A stretch of 64,000 bases of DNA from Bispira polyomma (Eukaryota). Location: the NCBI GenBank assembly GCA_965649765.1, contig OZ287759.1:8184001-8248000 (forward strand), written 5' to 3'. Of this stretch, positions 1 to 14,495 are shown piece by piece. A model generated the notes under the pieces. It was not told where the DNA came from. It worked only from the letters and a program-made list of their open reading frames with translations, and searched no databases. The number at the start of each line of letters is the position of its first letter. The stretch's first letter is position 1. The position numbers and the translations under genes are program-made.

Positions 1-841
1 GAACAGGGACCAGAAAGTAAAAGTGCATGTGTACTGGGGGTAAACAATGGAGCGTGGTTTACCGGAAAATTAGGTGTTGACAAAGACTTGCTGAAGTGGT
101 GAACTCAGATCCAAATCTGTTGACTTTGTAAACCTGTTGTATTATATTGATCATATTAATAACAATGATATAGGGAATAGGTCGCGTGATATATTTTGGG
201 GTTGTTTTTTTTTTTACTCGTTCATTTTAAGAATAGTCATTGTTGAAATATCCTTTTAATAACACATTTATTTTGGGGGGAGGGGGGGGGGGGGGGTCAT
301 GATTTGTACACTGATAGGGGAAATGTTTACAGCCTCTTGAATTTTGTTGATGTTTAAATGGTCTATTACATAATCTGCCATTTATGTGAAAAGATTGCCT
401 GGCCTTTTCGTTGACAAGATCACTCTCAACATATGTGCTTATCCTTTCTGTAATAACACGATTTGTCAATAGAATAGGAGTTATTGCTATTATTTGCAAT
501 ATGTCGCGTGCCTATGTAGCTATATAAAGCAGATGGGGTATCTGTTCTTGTAAAAATCTTATGAAATGTTGTTTTTTTTTTTTTGTTTTTTTTCTATTCT
601 GAACATTAGATTTTAAAAAACAGGTTATTTATTGTATTGGGGTGGTATGATGTGACCTTTTGTAGTTAAATATACAACACAACTGAAAATGTAGTGCTTT
701 TTCGAGTGGGTAAGGTGAAGCTCTTTGGGGTGAAAGACTAACGTTCAAGTCCAATTGGACAATGCAGTCACGGCTCTCTCGATTCCCTCCTCTGCTCTTT
801 TGGGTTCAAATCTTGACTTTTGGCAGTACACTTGCTGAAAG

Positions 842-2296
842 CCGGTGTAGCGCCATATTTTTACTCCCCTTTTTTTTTCTTGGGGGGTGTGGATTTGGCA
901 AGGGGGTGTGCCATATTTTCACCCCCCCTTGCCAAATTTTTACCCCCCAAATCATAATGGCCATATGGGCATAAGACAAACTATTATAGATCAGGTAACA
1001 CTGTGGTACATAGGTTTTCATTTGTATATGATGGCAAATTCATTTAGGTAGTGAGGTAGGTATTTTTTTTTAACAGCTTTGAGAGTTATTTCAATGTAAT
1101 TAGTTTGGTTAAAACATTAACAACAACACTACTTTCATTGAACTATGAATGTTTTTTAAATGATTTTTATCTTTCCCATTTTCGTACATACAAATATTAA
1201 TTTCCTTGGTTACATTACCAATACAAGAACATATATTTACATAGGAAATCCAAATTTTTAAATAATTGAAGATATAGAATATAGATATTAATTATGAATT
1301 TTACCATTTTAAACATAGGAAACTTTTCAATATCTGTATTATAAGTAAAACAAAATGTCAGTATAATTAAGTAATTCATCTATCTATTTACATGTAGAAT
1401 ACACATACATAAATCTTTTAAGTTAACTAGGTTACTAGATAATTGGCTTCTCATTGTGGTATACACCACAAACTGAGTTGATCAGTTATTACCTAAATGT
1501 GGCTTCTCATAGTACAAGTCATCACTACTTTAATTTAGTCACCAGCATTAAGCTTACTTGATTACTTCAATAGATGTGGCTTCTCATAGTGTAATATATA
1601 TTTTTATGGTAACTTCAGGAAATACCCTTTGAAGTTATTTTGATAGTTGCTTCTTACTTTTATATAGTAAAATTTGACACATGGCTTCCCTTAAAAACTG
1701 GACAACCTTAAGTGTATATAAAGAGGTGCTGTAAAAGCTAACTTCATTATATTTCATGTGTTGTTAGTTGATAAAAGAGTTGTATGAAGTGGTTTTTATA
1801 ATAATAAAAGGACATGACTTGTGTTGTTAGTTTATAAAAGAGTTGTATGAAGTGTTGTTTTTTTTTATTTGATTTATACATTTGATTTGATTTATATATT
1901 TTTCTACTTATTCGATTATATTTATCTTCAATAAAATTGTGTAAGTTTTATTGTCTATTTCTATTGCCTGTATATCACCCAAATACGAATGTCCTGCCAC
2001 ATAACCTGTCAATAAATGCATATCATTAATTATCACCCTGATTGTAATTGAATGCAAGAGCAAGTCAATAGTAATCAGTGTAATTGGATTAATCTTGATA
2101 AGATCACAAAGGGGGTCTGTTTCTGGCAAGGGGGGTCAGTATTTGGCAAAGGTGACTGCCATATTTTTCCCCCTTAATCCTCCTATTGTTGGGGGGTGCA
2201 GAATTTGTTTGCCAAATACTCACCCCCCCCCCCCCCCCCCAGATCAAAGAGGGGAGTAAAAATATGGCAGGGGGCGATTTTATGGCGTTACACCGG
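842..2296. mobile_element. Non-autonomous DNA transposon with terminal inverted repeats
   Basis: CCGGTGTAGCGCCATA (842-857) and TATGGCGTTACACCGG (2281-2296) are inverted, with mirrored sub-terminal GCCATATTTTTACTCCCC / GGGGAGTAAAAATATGGC motifs. A related end (CCAGTGTAGCGC...) lies at ~62108-62200. No TSD recognised. Confidence 0.7.
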
Positions 2297-2389
2297 TGAC
2301 TTGTAAAACAAGAAACATCTTGACTAACTACCTGTAATGATTTCCTCTACCAGTGATAAAAACTGCTTGTGGGGAATATTAAGGTTATC

Positions 2390-2602
2390 CACGGGCGGTC
2401 GCAATGTTGGCCGGGTCATAATATTGGTTGACGCACATTTCAATGTCTAAAACGTGGATTTCTTAAAAATAAAATAGAGAAATCTGTATTGTAATTCATA
2501 GACTTAAAGTAGAATGTGCTTTCAATATTTATTTCTGTATTTTAGTTTATTAAAAATGCAACAGACCACATTATGAGCCGGCCAACATTACAACCTCCCG
2601 TG
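2390..2602. mobile_element. MITE (Tc1/mariner-like)
   Basis: ~35 bp imperfect TIRs CACGGGCGGTCGCAATGTTGGCCGGGTCATAAT / ATTATGAGCCGGCCAACATTACAACCTCCCGTG; TA on the right flank. Confidence 0.75.
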
Positions 2603-3399
2603 TAGTAAACTTTTTCCACACATACACCAGAGCCAAGATTCAATCCCATGTGTTCCGGGGTGTAAGCAGTATCTCTCCACTACACCACTGAGCCCCTCCC
2701 ACAACAACCAGTCTTTTAAAAAAAAGTATTATTAAATTTTACTGACCAAATCAGTCAAGGAATTGTAGTCTACATTATTTCAGACATCCTCCAAAATCTT
2801 TCAAGGATCCATTGTAAAAACCTAGATAAATTATAACACCCCCACTCCCCCCCCCCCCCCCCCCCACTCACTCATATACCACTCATATCCAATTTAAACA
2901 TAATTTTAAAAAAAAAATGACAGCTGCACTAATAGTGTTTCAAGATTACCTTTTTTATCTACACAAAGACATACATAAAGTTTTCTTTTTATGTGGCCAA
3001 AAGTTTAAAAGGCGTATTTATTCACCAGATCATTAGTTTTAACCCCCATAAGAGTGTGTTATATGTAACATGTCAATCATCAAGGGTTGTTTTACAGACT
3101 GTTCCTGTTTTGTTTTTTTTTTCAATCAATGACACTATCTTTAGTAGATTTAAAATCCCTCGCCCTAAACAAGCCCCGCCCACTTTTTGTCATACCTCGT
3201 GGTCCCTATTGAAGTTCATCTTATACTTTTGAAATCACTTCTTCACTTGGCTGGTTGTTTATTGTTGTATGTTCTTTTAGTGACAGGTGTGTACCCCTTT
3301 TAAGCGGATGGGGAGGGGTGGAGAGGGGGTAGCCTTGTTTAGGGCTCAAGTTTGGTCTATAACCAAATAATAAAGTGTTTTTCAGTCAGTAAAGTAACT

Positions 3400-3960
3400 G
3401 AAAGAATTTGGGTGTTACTTTCGACTCCCACTTTTCTTTCGATGATCATATTTCTAATAAACGTTGTTTCCGCTCTCTATATATTTATGACCTCAAAAGA
3501 ATCAGGCAACAACCTTTCCTACCAAACTGCCATAACCATAGCAAATGCACTTGTCAGCAGTCTATTGCACTACTGCAAGTTTCTACTTGTTGGTCTAAAG
3601 AAGTACCAGCTGCAAAGGTAACAGTGAATCCAGACTCAATTGTGCAGAGTTGTGGGCTGTGTGTGATATTGAATCATTACCACTCCTTTTCTCAAGAGGC
3701 TTCATTGGCAAAAAATAATGTATCATTTTCAAACCAATGTTACTATATACAAAGCTGTAAACCTTTGTCAGCCCTCATATCTTGCCTCATTGTTATCTTT
3801 TAGCAGGCTTCTCAGGGAAAACAGAATTTCTGTCTCTGAAACCAGAACCTGTAAACGGATTGGATCCTGTGCCTTATCTGTCGTAGCACCAATCCTATAG
3901 AATAATTTACCAACCCAAATAAGATCCCAGAAACCTTTTCTGGTTTCAGAAGCAACATTA
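3400..3960 (+). mobile_element. Decayed L2/CR1-type LINE, ORF2 3' fragment
   Basis: Frameshifted peptides GVTFDSHFSFDDHIS, DLKRIR, TAITIANALVSSLLHYC and YKAVNLCQPSYLASLL are typical of the L2 RT C-terminus. Confidence 0.75.
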
Positions 3961-6900
3961 TAACCAATCTTGTGGATTTTCAAAGGTTTTTATGAATAAA
4001 ATAAAAATTAAACAGATAGACACAGGTGGTTAATATATAATTAACTATACCAAACTATTACAAGAATAGCCTTTTAAAAATGCAGATCGAGGGGAGATGT
4101 TATGATTTATATGATAAAGATTGTAATATGAGCTTTGATGTGCTTTTTGTTTAATCAAAATTCTTCATGTATTTTCAAAGTTACAGTTCTCTTTTGCGGG
4201 TCTATCTAGGTGCCGAATGACATTCCAGGCTTTTAGAGTAGCATTTCGCTAAGCCATTTGACCCACTTTGTAATTACGTCAGCTGTGCCGCATGAGGACA
4301 AGAGAATCCCAGAAGTTAAAAAAGGTGTGTGAGACATTGTATTTCTACAAAAATTAATTCTTTACGTTTTCTTATGCATTAAACTGCTATCAGTCAACCT
4401 ATGTAAGAGAAATATATTGACCATAAATATGAGACAAATATAACAGCAACCACGATCATACAAGATATAAGTTTTCATGAATATGAGCAATAAATCTATA
4501 CCCCCTAAATGGTTCATCTTAGACCCGTCATACAACATGGCGGTTCCCAGCTAACGATCACGTTAAAAGGTCTCTGACCTACAAAAAAAGGGTACGAACT
4601 ACACTAAAGTTACATTTCTACAAATACAACAAAATGGATAACAACATCAAAATGTTTTTTTGTTTTTTTTAGGTTAATTGTTGCTGCGCATGTGCAGTGT
4701 GTTTACCATTATTGAGGGTGTGTGTTTGTGTCGGCACACTTGTGTGTTTTTTTCTGTAGTAGGTGAAGCTCTCAATTAAAGCAATCATGTCATCAAAGAG
4801 TGACCTTTGGCGATTGTCTGCGTTTGTAGATAACTTGGCCACACAGAAAAAGGAAAGGAAGAACATTTTAATGTTTTACTACCAAAGATATCTTTGAGTT
4901 TTGACTTAAACTGCTCCAATGTGTGAACAAAATAATTTGGGGAAACAACTTAGATATTAAAAGTAGGCTTAACTATTTCTGTCTCTTATAGCTGTCATAT
5001 ATTTATACAATAATACTAGGGGTTTTTATTTATATTATTAAGATATTTTTCTATTGGATATAAGTTAAGGCCACCTTAATTCAATATCTGGCATTTCCCA
5101 CAAGGCTTTTGTTCAGATTTTGAGTCATTTTCATTTCCTTAGTTTGTAACCTAATTACAAGACCGTATTAACCCCAAATAGAGTTAAAGTCCTTATCAAT
5201 TGCAAATGTGTGTGTGTGTGGTCTTCCCTTCTACCCTTAAGATCTTTTTTTCTAAACATTTTATGCAAATTCTGATTAGATATGGTTGTTTTCGCCTTCT
5301 TTCATTAGATAAAAACTCTCAACTATTTTTTTTTTTTTTTTTTTGAGGGGATAAGGGAATTATATATCATTTCCCCATCAGCTTTACAAATTTATAATTT
5401 ACAGCCCCCCTACGCCCACCACCACCACATCCCTCCTGTCACACAACTGTGATGCACTTGTCACCCAAAGGGTGAGCCCATTACAAAACATCAAAGAATA
5501 AAGTGATCAAACAAAAACAAAAATCCCTCATTTATCTTTTTTGTTTCCCCGCTCCTGTATTTTCTTTGACGAATGGGGCTTTTGTGTTTTTTAGATCCAA
5601 CCCTACGTTTCGGTTCCTTGCGTGACGTTCGGTTTTAACGCGTCCATTGTGTTGCTTATTCTATTATCGCCCGCCTAAGCTTATTAACCGGGGATATTGA
5701 GTAGCTCTTGAGCTGTTTGTGAGAACAATAGGGGGTTTGGGTATGTAGTAGTTGTGTGGCTAGTGGTGCATTCACATGTAGAACCTAATGAGCCACGTGT
5801 ACAAAGACGGGGTGTCTTGAAATAAAAGCTACAGCTCTCTGCTAAGAAAGATATTCCTGACACGTGTGTATAGGGGGTGTGGGTGAGTGATTTTGATGTT
5901 CAATTCTATCTATCATGATGGGTTAATAAATTTGATTGATTTTATTTTTACACATACACTGGGTACATGACAAAATGTATTACAAACACACAAAAAACAC
6001 TCATGTAAACCAGTGTTGACAAAAGTAAATTTCAGTATTTACAACTAAAGAGATACAAAAATAACATATCGAAGAGATAATTATACATTTATACATTGTA
6101 TATATTAAAAAGTATATACTACATGAATATGTAATGATTTATTTCACAATGTCAAAAGGGACAAGTTTGTTTGTTTTTGTAACTGTTGTTGTTACCCTTT
6201 GAACCTCTTTTAAGAGACTCGACAGAATCCATGCAGTTGTTTCAATTGAGAATCAGCTCTAAGACGGAGGGTGGAAGTGAATACAAATAACCTTTAAAAG
6301 AATGACTACTTAAGATACTTGGAATATATTCTCCCAGTTAAGCTTATATCAATTGGAATACTTTCTGGGTTTAGGAGAAAGTCTAAAACCTATCTCTTCA
6401 AATACCCCATTATTTTGCATCCATCTTTGCAACCTTGGCTATGTTTTTTTCACTTTTCGATTGGTTAATTATTTCTGTTGTTGTGCTTTGTAAGATGCCT
6501 CTCATCAATAAGGCGCGTTAAAAATGCAACATACAATACTGTGAGATATCAAATGCCATAAAAGTAAACAAAAAACGTCTTATTAGCATGTGACCTGGGC
6601 TGGTATACACAAAGATTGATATCCTTAAATATTAGCATCAACATATTTTATTGGCTAAGTCAAAATTCAAGAACGAATCTGATTGATAACGCTCAAGAAT
6701 TTCAGTCTTAAAATGTTTGTGAATTTGGCCCTTGGATACCAGATAAATAATGCATTAAGATTAGAGGAAATACTATAGCATGATGTTACACAAAGCCTGC
6801 ATGAAATCTCAAAGAGAGGTGACAGTGTCCATTGGATCTTCCTTTGAATGTATCAATAGCTGTCTGGGTGTTGACATTGTTTGGGCATGGGATTGTAAGC

Positions 6901-9438
6901 AGTCGGTCATTTTTTATTTGCAGAGACTAGATCTCAGGATCTACTTTTAACATATGTATATATGATCGTAAATATGGGAAATCAGTAAATATGTGTATTT
7001 ACTGACAATCTGCTCTGGTCAATAAATACACATAATTCCTAAACATTTCAGTAAGTACATATATTTAGCCTAGTACACTAGTAAGTACATGTATTTACTA
7101 ACTTGTCTCATTATTTTCAAGTGATGATTAACTAGTCAAATAAAGTATTTCTTATCCATATGATGTATTATTATGTGGTGGTGGTGATTTTGCAAATTAA
7201 TTATTTATGTGTCCATCTTTATTTAGGTCACTTTATTTAAGCTCGAACCTTACACAGTTATCAAGCTTATATCTTGAAAAATACTCCTCAATAAAAGTTT
7301 GTACTTGGTGCAAAGACTTGCTAGAACATGTGGATGAGCAACGTCAAGCTCAGGACTCATTTCGCTAGTGATCTTAGGATATTGACCTTGACCTAAAATA
7401 GATTATATGCATAGCTTCTAAATAACATTTTATCACATAAAAGTTCATACTCCGTACAAAATTATGGTGGAAATTAATTTGACATAACCTTGCATAAGTG
7501 AACTCGACCTCAATTTTTTTTACACATATGAGGATCTACATGGGCTTGGTACACTCATATCGACTCCAGGGTGTACATATGAAATGCCAGTGACACATTG
7601 GCCTCATTTCCACATTGGAGTTCTGATCTTGATTTTAATGTAAAACTATTCTGTTCTAACTATATCTGAGTAACTAAACTTCACAAGAAAGTCATACTTC
7701 AAACATATTTGCTTGGCAAAGCCTTTCATCGTAGTTTTTTTTTTTTTTTTGCTACTAATCACTTTCTGACTGCTTTGTGTTGACCTTTTGGATTAAAAAT
7801 GTTCATTTAGACGGTTGAAATGTGGTTTCTGATTTAGATGGTGCAACTTTAAATCTGCTAGAATATAGATTAAGCGATTTGTTTCCTTATCGTTTCATAT
7901 TTGATACGAATATCTAGATATGTAACATCATGACATGACCTTGTTCTCACCTAGGAGTCATAATATCACAAATCTTGTCGAAACAATGTATCCGAAACTA
8001 TCATCTTCAATTAACTTTTTTAGGCAAAAACTTTTTATAAGTGTCGTATTGTAGAGAGTAGCATCATATGTTGATCTTAGACTCTTAGTTTGGTCTTTTC
8101 GCCATTATGTCTCAGTTTCCTTAATATACTTAAACAAAAGTTTAAATTATTTAATTTTGGTCCTAATCCGGTCAGAACTACTGATACATGACCTAGCAAG
8201 ACTTTTTTTGTTGAACTATGGTGCCTTGATGGAGGCATTTACTCTACTGAGTGTCCTTTTAGTTAATGTAGTTATTAATTACTGTAATGCTTTCCTGTCA
8301 TACTTGTGACAGCTCTTATTGTGACAAGCAGACTACCCAGAGAGGGATGAATTGTCATGTCCATTAATGAGCTGATTGCGTCACAGAGCCCCCCTCCCAC
8401 CCCTCTGTCCCCACATCCCCTGGGTTGCAGTATTGACACATTCTTGTGGTGCCATCACACAGTTGACACAGACACAGGGATTAGCAGTATGAGACTATGA
8501 CAAAGAGAGAGGTTAAGGTTTGTAATAAGGGCTTGGAATTATTGTCAAGTATTTACTCAGATTTTAACACTATCCACCAGGGAAAATCCTGTAAAAGTGA
8601 AAATGTTTACCAGGAAATAATTTTACCTAATGAGTTGGGACAGTGAAACTTAAAATTCATAATTTGTAATGTCAATTTGGTGGCCTTCTTGAAGCCTTCT
8701 CGAAAATGCAATTGGTTGATCAGGGCTAGTATTGAAAATATGATCTTTAAACTATAGTTGGTTCCCCTTTTTGGAGGTATTTTTTTATTTTCATTCATTT
8801 GACTTCTAAATGTATCAATACTATTCTATAACCGCCTAGCCTTAATCCAGGCTCAAATTTGTGTTTGGTTATTTTAAAACATTTATTATTAATTTGCATG
8901 ATATTCTCAATATGTGTTTGCACACAAAATTCACATTATTTAAACTTTTATGTTTTACAAGCAGAAAAGTCATTTATTCTAAAGTAGTCATTGATTGCTT
9001 AAAACAGCTTCTTGAGTTTTTGTATTTTGTTCTATTGCCAACAGGGGCCACTCGAGCATTCAGTAAGGATGATATTCACGTTGGCACAGAATTATGTTAG
9101 TTCTAGGTGTGTGTGGCCTTTACAAGGAGCAGATTAGAAAACTCTTCACACATCCTTCAGTCAAATTAGACTTATGGTATAAGAAGTGGGGGTTTGACCA
9201 CTAGTAACTAAAGTGTTAGTCCCCATACTTGACATAACTCTCTTATATAACTCTAAAGCCCCTACTGGTCAAGTAGTCTCTTATACTAATTTGATTTACC
9301 TTTAAATACCACCCTCCTTCAGTTTGATTACACTAATTCAATCTATGCCCCCTGAAGGGATGGGTGTCACAGTGCAAACTCAAAACTATGACCCCCCCCC
9401 CCTCCTCCCACCCACTCCACTCCACATCACATATACAC

Positions 9439-9665
9439 GGGGCGCGTATTCTTTAAAAAAGTTCAAACTAAACTCAACCAGAAAGCTCAAATCTGAGATC
9501 CCCATATCTCTGGCTAGAGTGAAGTTAAATCAAATCCGACCACATATTTCAATTCAGTGTTGAAGACTTTATTAAAATGAATGGTCACAAGTATAGGTTA
9601 TTTCCTTATGCAAGTACTACCCGATTGTTTTCGTGTAAGTTAAGTCTGAGTTTATGCTTAAGTTG
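9439..9665. mobile_element. Short palindromic MITE-like repeat; second copy at 30249-30495
   Basis: Shares AAGCTCAAATCT, AAATGAATGGTCACAAGT and TAAGTCTGAGTT blocks with 30249-30495. Confidence 0.55.
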
Positions 9666-12274
9666 TATTGTTTTTCAAAATACTGACTTTAAAATATATA
9701 GTTTATAAGTTCCTTCACATTTTAATTTTCTTTCAATATTCTTCATATTTTTTTTTATTCTACATATCCCCCTCGAAAAAACGTTTAAACAAACATTCAT
9801 TTTTCGTAGTAAATATTTTTTTTTATTTCGCGTTTAAGTTTCTTAAACTATGCAATTTTAGTTTGAGTTTACGACTGAACCCTTAAGACCATACAGTAGC
9901 GTTTTTGTCCAACACCCCCACCCCTAACCCAAGACTATCACAAAAACATACCCCTAACCCCCCAGCACCCCCCCCCCCCGCTACACTGTTGCCCCACCCG
10001 TCGGGGGTTCGTTCTGGTGTGCAAAAGGACTTGGCCATTTCTAACATGCTCCAGGAAACTCCAAACCATTTCAAGGGGCTTCTCAAGACAGCCCATTAAT
10101 TATGTTATAATACCCTGACTGAAAGACGCAGGACCAAGAGAGAGAGAAAAAAAGTGTCTTTTCCGGGAGAATTGGCCCTGACACGAGTCATGGCAGCCAT
10201 CTGTCCAAAACTGGCTTGGTTTTAGGGGGGCAAAAAGGGTCCAAGTGGACTGGCTTACAGCATGTCTACATAAGACCTTTTGGTGCTGGGCATTGCCAGG
10301 AACTATTTGGACTTCTATTTTGGAAGCCAGAAGGTATTTATGTTGTCAGCTATTTGTTATGACAATATATGTCCTTGTTTATTTTATAAGACTGGTAACT
10401 TTTCTCTCTTTTTTTTTTTAAGAGGTAGTTACACAAATACTTTGCATAGCTTTAAGGGGCAATGTATTCTTATGTTAATTTAGAGTGGATTTCACTTTTT
10501 GCTTTTGTGGCTTCTAGGGTAATCATTTGGCAAGAAGCTAAATTAACAGTTTTACGACACTTTTAACACACTTGTGTCATATCGCAGCATATAATTTATG
10601 TTAATTTATTTACTTTTAATAATACATTTTTCTTGCAAAACAATGAAACTTGATGTATATTTATATTCCTAATTTTTTTTAGAGTTATTTGCTGCACAGC
10701 GCAGAGAAAGGGAAATTTGTCTTCTACAGATTGATCTGAGCAATAAAGACATTGTTTCATGCAATTGTTTTATATGATAAAGACCAGTTTAAATGTGTAA
10801 AGATAATTAAGGATTCCCATTCTAAGTTGTGCTAAAAGTGATCTTTGAGACCTTGTTATAGAATACTTTACATATTTCTCTACATTGATATCTTGCTTAA
10901 ATATACTAAACACTGAAGAAATAAATAAATAAAAGATATGAGATATAAATAAAAACAAAACAAACAACTTGGCAAAAAGGGCAAAAGAAAACAAACAAAC
11001 ACAGCAACAAAATCAAACAAAACACACTACAAAAGAAAAAACTAGTTAACGAAAATTTAAAAACAAACAATTTATTTTTGAAAGGTAATCGCATTAAAAA
11101 CGTTCTCAATAAATCAATATTTTATATATTTTTTCTTTGAAATTTTTATAATAAGCTTGACTAAAATCAGTGCAATCTATGAAATTATGATGCACCGTAA
11201 ACTTAACTTATTAGCAAAAATGAATAATTTCTGGTACATTATTGTGGAAAATTTCCAGTAAAGCAATTGAAGGGCCTCAAAAAGCTTGTTTGCAACAGTT
11301 TACATATTGTATTACAACGGAAAAGTTCATTGCTTGGTGTAAAAAGCAAATTACAGTCATTGGTCAAGATTCCTGAACTGCAAAATATCATATTTCAACA
11401 AGTCAACTGCCAACTTTCTTACATGTATGCGAGAGCCGTGATTCGAACTCGCATGGTTGTGCCAATTCTAGGGTTTCTGTGAAATTATATATCTAGTTTG
11501 AATTTGGCTGGGTTTTTATATTACTTTTAACAGCTTACGTCACATAACAACGACCAGATTTAATGGTGGGAGAAACTAGTGGTAAAACCAATGAGATATT
11601 CATCCAAATTACCTAATGGGAACTTGGTGAGAATAAAGGTAACACACTCTGTTCCCACCTATATAATCGTGTGTTCAAACCTAGGCCCTAAGACGTATAC
11701 GGGGAAAATTAGCAGTAGACTTGTTGAAGGATTCCAATCATGATAAAACACACAATCAGATGAAAGCGCGATCAAAACCTTGGCCCTTTTAACCCCCTTT
11801 CTGTTAAGGGCTAGCACGCGATGGCATTTTTTCTCCCAGAATTTAACTCTGTCGGCAAACAATCGACAACACCCCAAAAATATTATTTTATTTTTTTTCG
11901 GTTTGTCGCAATAGAAAATGGTAACAAATTATACATGAGGCTGTTATTGAAGTAGTCTGTGGGGCTGTGACTCTAGCTATATGTAACCTAATTACCAAAA
12001 AAAGGGTTAACAGGTTCAAAAAGTTCATCATACAATTTGCTTGAGAGATAGAAACTTTCACAGAAGCGTTCAATTGCACTTAAAGTAGGCTAAAGTAACA
12101 GCAACTATATACCTTATACAACTGAAAACCTAATATGTATATGAAATCCAGTTACCATGGGAACATTTTTCAAAATTACAATAGTGTCGACAGCTCTTTA
12201 CAAGTGCATTTGCAACTTATGCAAGTTCTTTGATCTGTAGTTAGGGTGCTCAAACAAAATGTTAATGTTTTTAC

Positions 12275-12670
12275 TTCTATAGCGCCACAATCGATGACCA
12301 GGCATCCTCTGTGGCGCATATCCTAATAAGTGTGCAAAAGGATAGTCTGGTTGATGGTAAAAGGTTTGTGATCAGAGTTCAGTCATGACCAGCTGATGAA
12401 TGCTAGGGTGGAAAAGCGAGCAGATACAGATGTGTTTTGAGCTTTTTTTCTGAAACTTGTGATGCTTGTCTCAGTCCGAAGACTAGTAGGGAGGCTATTC
12501 CACTCAGCAGGTGCTGCAACTAAGAATGATTTTGAACCAGCTGATTTTTTCGGTGGGAAACTGAAAGTGGAGAGACGATTAATTCTAGTGAGATTGCTGA
12601 GAGACTGCATAGAAGATAAGTAGGCAGATTGATGTATATGGACTGTCTTAAAAATAAGGACAATAAAATT
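12275..12670 (-). mobile_element. L2-type LINE 3' fragment
   Basis: Minus-strand peptide KSAGSKSFLVAAPAEWNSLPTSLRTETSITSFRKK; nucleotide similarity to 24140-24500. Confidence 0.75.
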
Positions 12671-14274
12671 AATGTGTGTGGACAAAACACAGGCGGATAA
12701 ACTGGAAACGGTGGACAAAATGCCAGGCCATTTTTAGGGTGGCTGGACAAAATGCGGGTGTTGTTGGTTCTATAATTAATGGCATGGTATTAATAAAATC
12801 TGTGAAGCTCTTTGCTTTTTGGTATCAAATATAGTCTACTTAAAATAAATCATATAAAAGTCAGCAATTTGGGGTTTATTTTTTTTTAATTTATTGATTG
12901 CACATTGAAATTTAAATTGCCATCTATGTGGTATACAGTCCTATATACCTACATATAATATTTGGGTATTTTGTTAATTTAAAGAATAAAAAACTATTAA
13001 AAAGCACAATGACAAATCTTACAACAATACTCATTTCAAAACAATTATGATGTTGCCAAAAGTCGAAAGTTGCCAATCTTTTGTTGCACCAGGTAATTTG
13101 GGAGATGAAAAAAATTAATAGCCAGTTTCCTTCCAAGGTGTCAAGGTGTTGAATGTTTGTATGGGAGTTTCCCCCGACTCCTCCAAACCTACCCACAAAC
13201 CCCCCTCTAAATCTCTCACACCACAGATGGTCAGTTTCACACCCTGAGGGGGGAGGGGAGTCATGTCGTGGGTGATTGTGTCTGAAACTCACAATGAAGT
13301 GGGGGTAGGTAAACCCTTGCCCTCCCATCTTCAGGGGACCAATGTTCCCTGAAATGTCTCAAGACTTAATGACTTAAGCTCAAGTATAAAATCTCCCTGG
13401 ATTTGACCGGATTTATATTGTTCATACCTGAACCTAATACAGCTTTTAGCAAGTTAAATCAAAGCAGGGGGTAAGAACATTTGGATGTATTTAGTGTAGA
13501 CATGGGTATGACTTTATTAAAAGCTCAAATGCCAAATATCCCATGGATTTAACATATTCATAAAGCATACCTCTTTCAATCTACTCGAGTGTTGAAGCAA
13601 GCCTTGAAGCAAGGGAACTAGATACAGGCAGTTCTGAGGATTTGCAAATAAATCATGCACACAGAGTTACAGTGTAGTGCATATACCTCTCCTAGGTGCC
13701 ACAGTTTCCGAGAAAAAGAAGCATGTGTCACCTTGGCGAAGCTATTCACTCCTATATAGTTTAATGAGTTCTTCCTTAGTCTCTGCCCTAGCCCTCTACC
13801 AAGTTTGAGTCAAATCAGTATTTGTCCCGTCATCCTGCAGGGATGTTTTTCACACTTTTTTGTGACGCCTTGGTGGAAGTATGCACTCCGCCAGAGTTAT
13901 TCCCTGGTCCATGTGCATAGCCCTCTAAAATGTTTGGTAAAAATTAGTTTTAGTAGTTTGTTTTTTTTTTTGTTTTTTTTTTGAAAATCCTGTTGACCAA
14001 CGTCGACTATGTGATAGCATATCACAAAGTGTATGAATAACTACTTTGCACAAAAAAGTCCCTGTTCCCAGAAGTTGTTAAGTGTATGAGGTAAATATAT
14101 TTTTGAATTCCACAGTAGCCAGTACTCTCGGTCTTTACTAAGCTTTATTCAAATCATCTGAACCACAATTTGATAGGTTCATCCCTTGACTCATGTCCTA
14201 GCTTTCCAAAAAGTTTGGTCAAAATCGATTCAGGAGTTGATGCTTAACAAACAGGCAATAAACAGGCAGAATTT

Positions 14275-14495
14275 AGTTGGGGTTTTTATGTGGTTTTCAA
14301 CAGTTCAGGTCATATCACGACGGCCAGATTTGATGGTGGAAGAAACCAGTGCTGAAGCCATTGTAAACCACTAGCCCATGGAAAGTACCTGACAAACATT
14401 CCCTCGTGAAGGAACTGACGAGGATTAGAACCCATATTGGTGAGTGGCCAGTGTTTGTGAAGCAGGTGTTTCTAGCCACTAGGCCATCACAGCCC
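14275..14495 (-). mobile_element. tRNA-derived SINE, family B (Meta-SINE-like body)
   Basis: Reverse complement has a GGCCTAGTGG A-box head, a GGTTCTAATCC B-box and a GGTTTCTTCCACCATCAAATCTGGCCGTCGTGATATGACC body. Homologous to 26117-26350 and 36283-36510. Confidence 0.7.
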
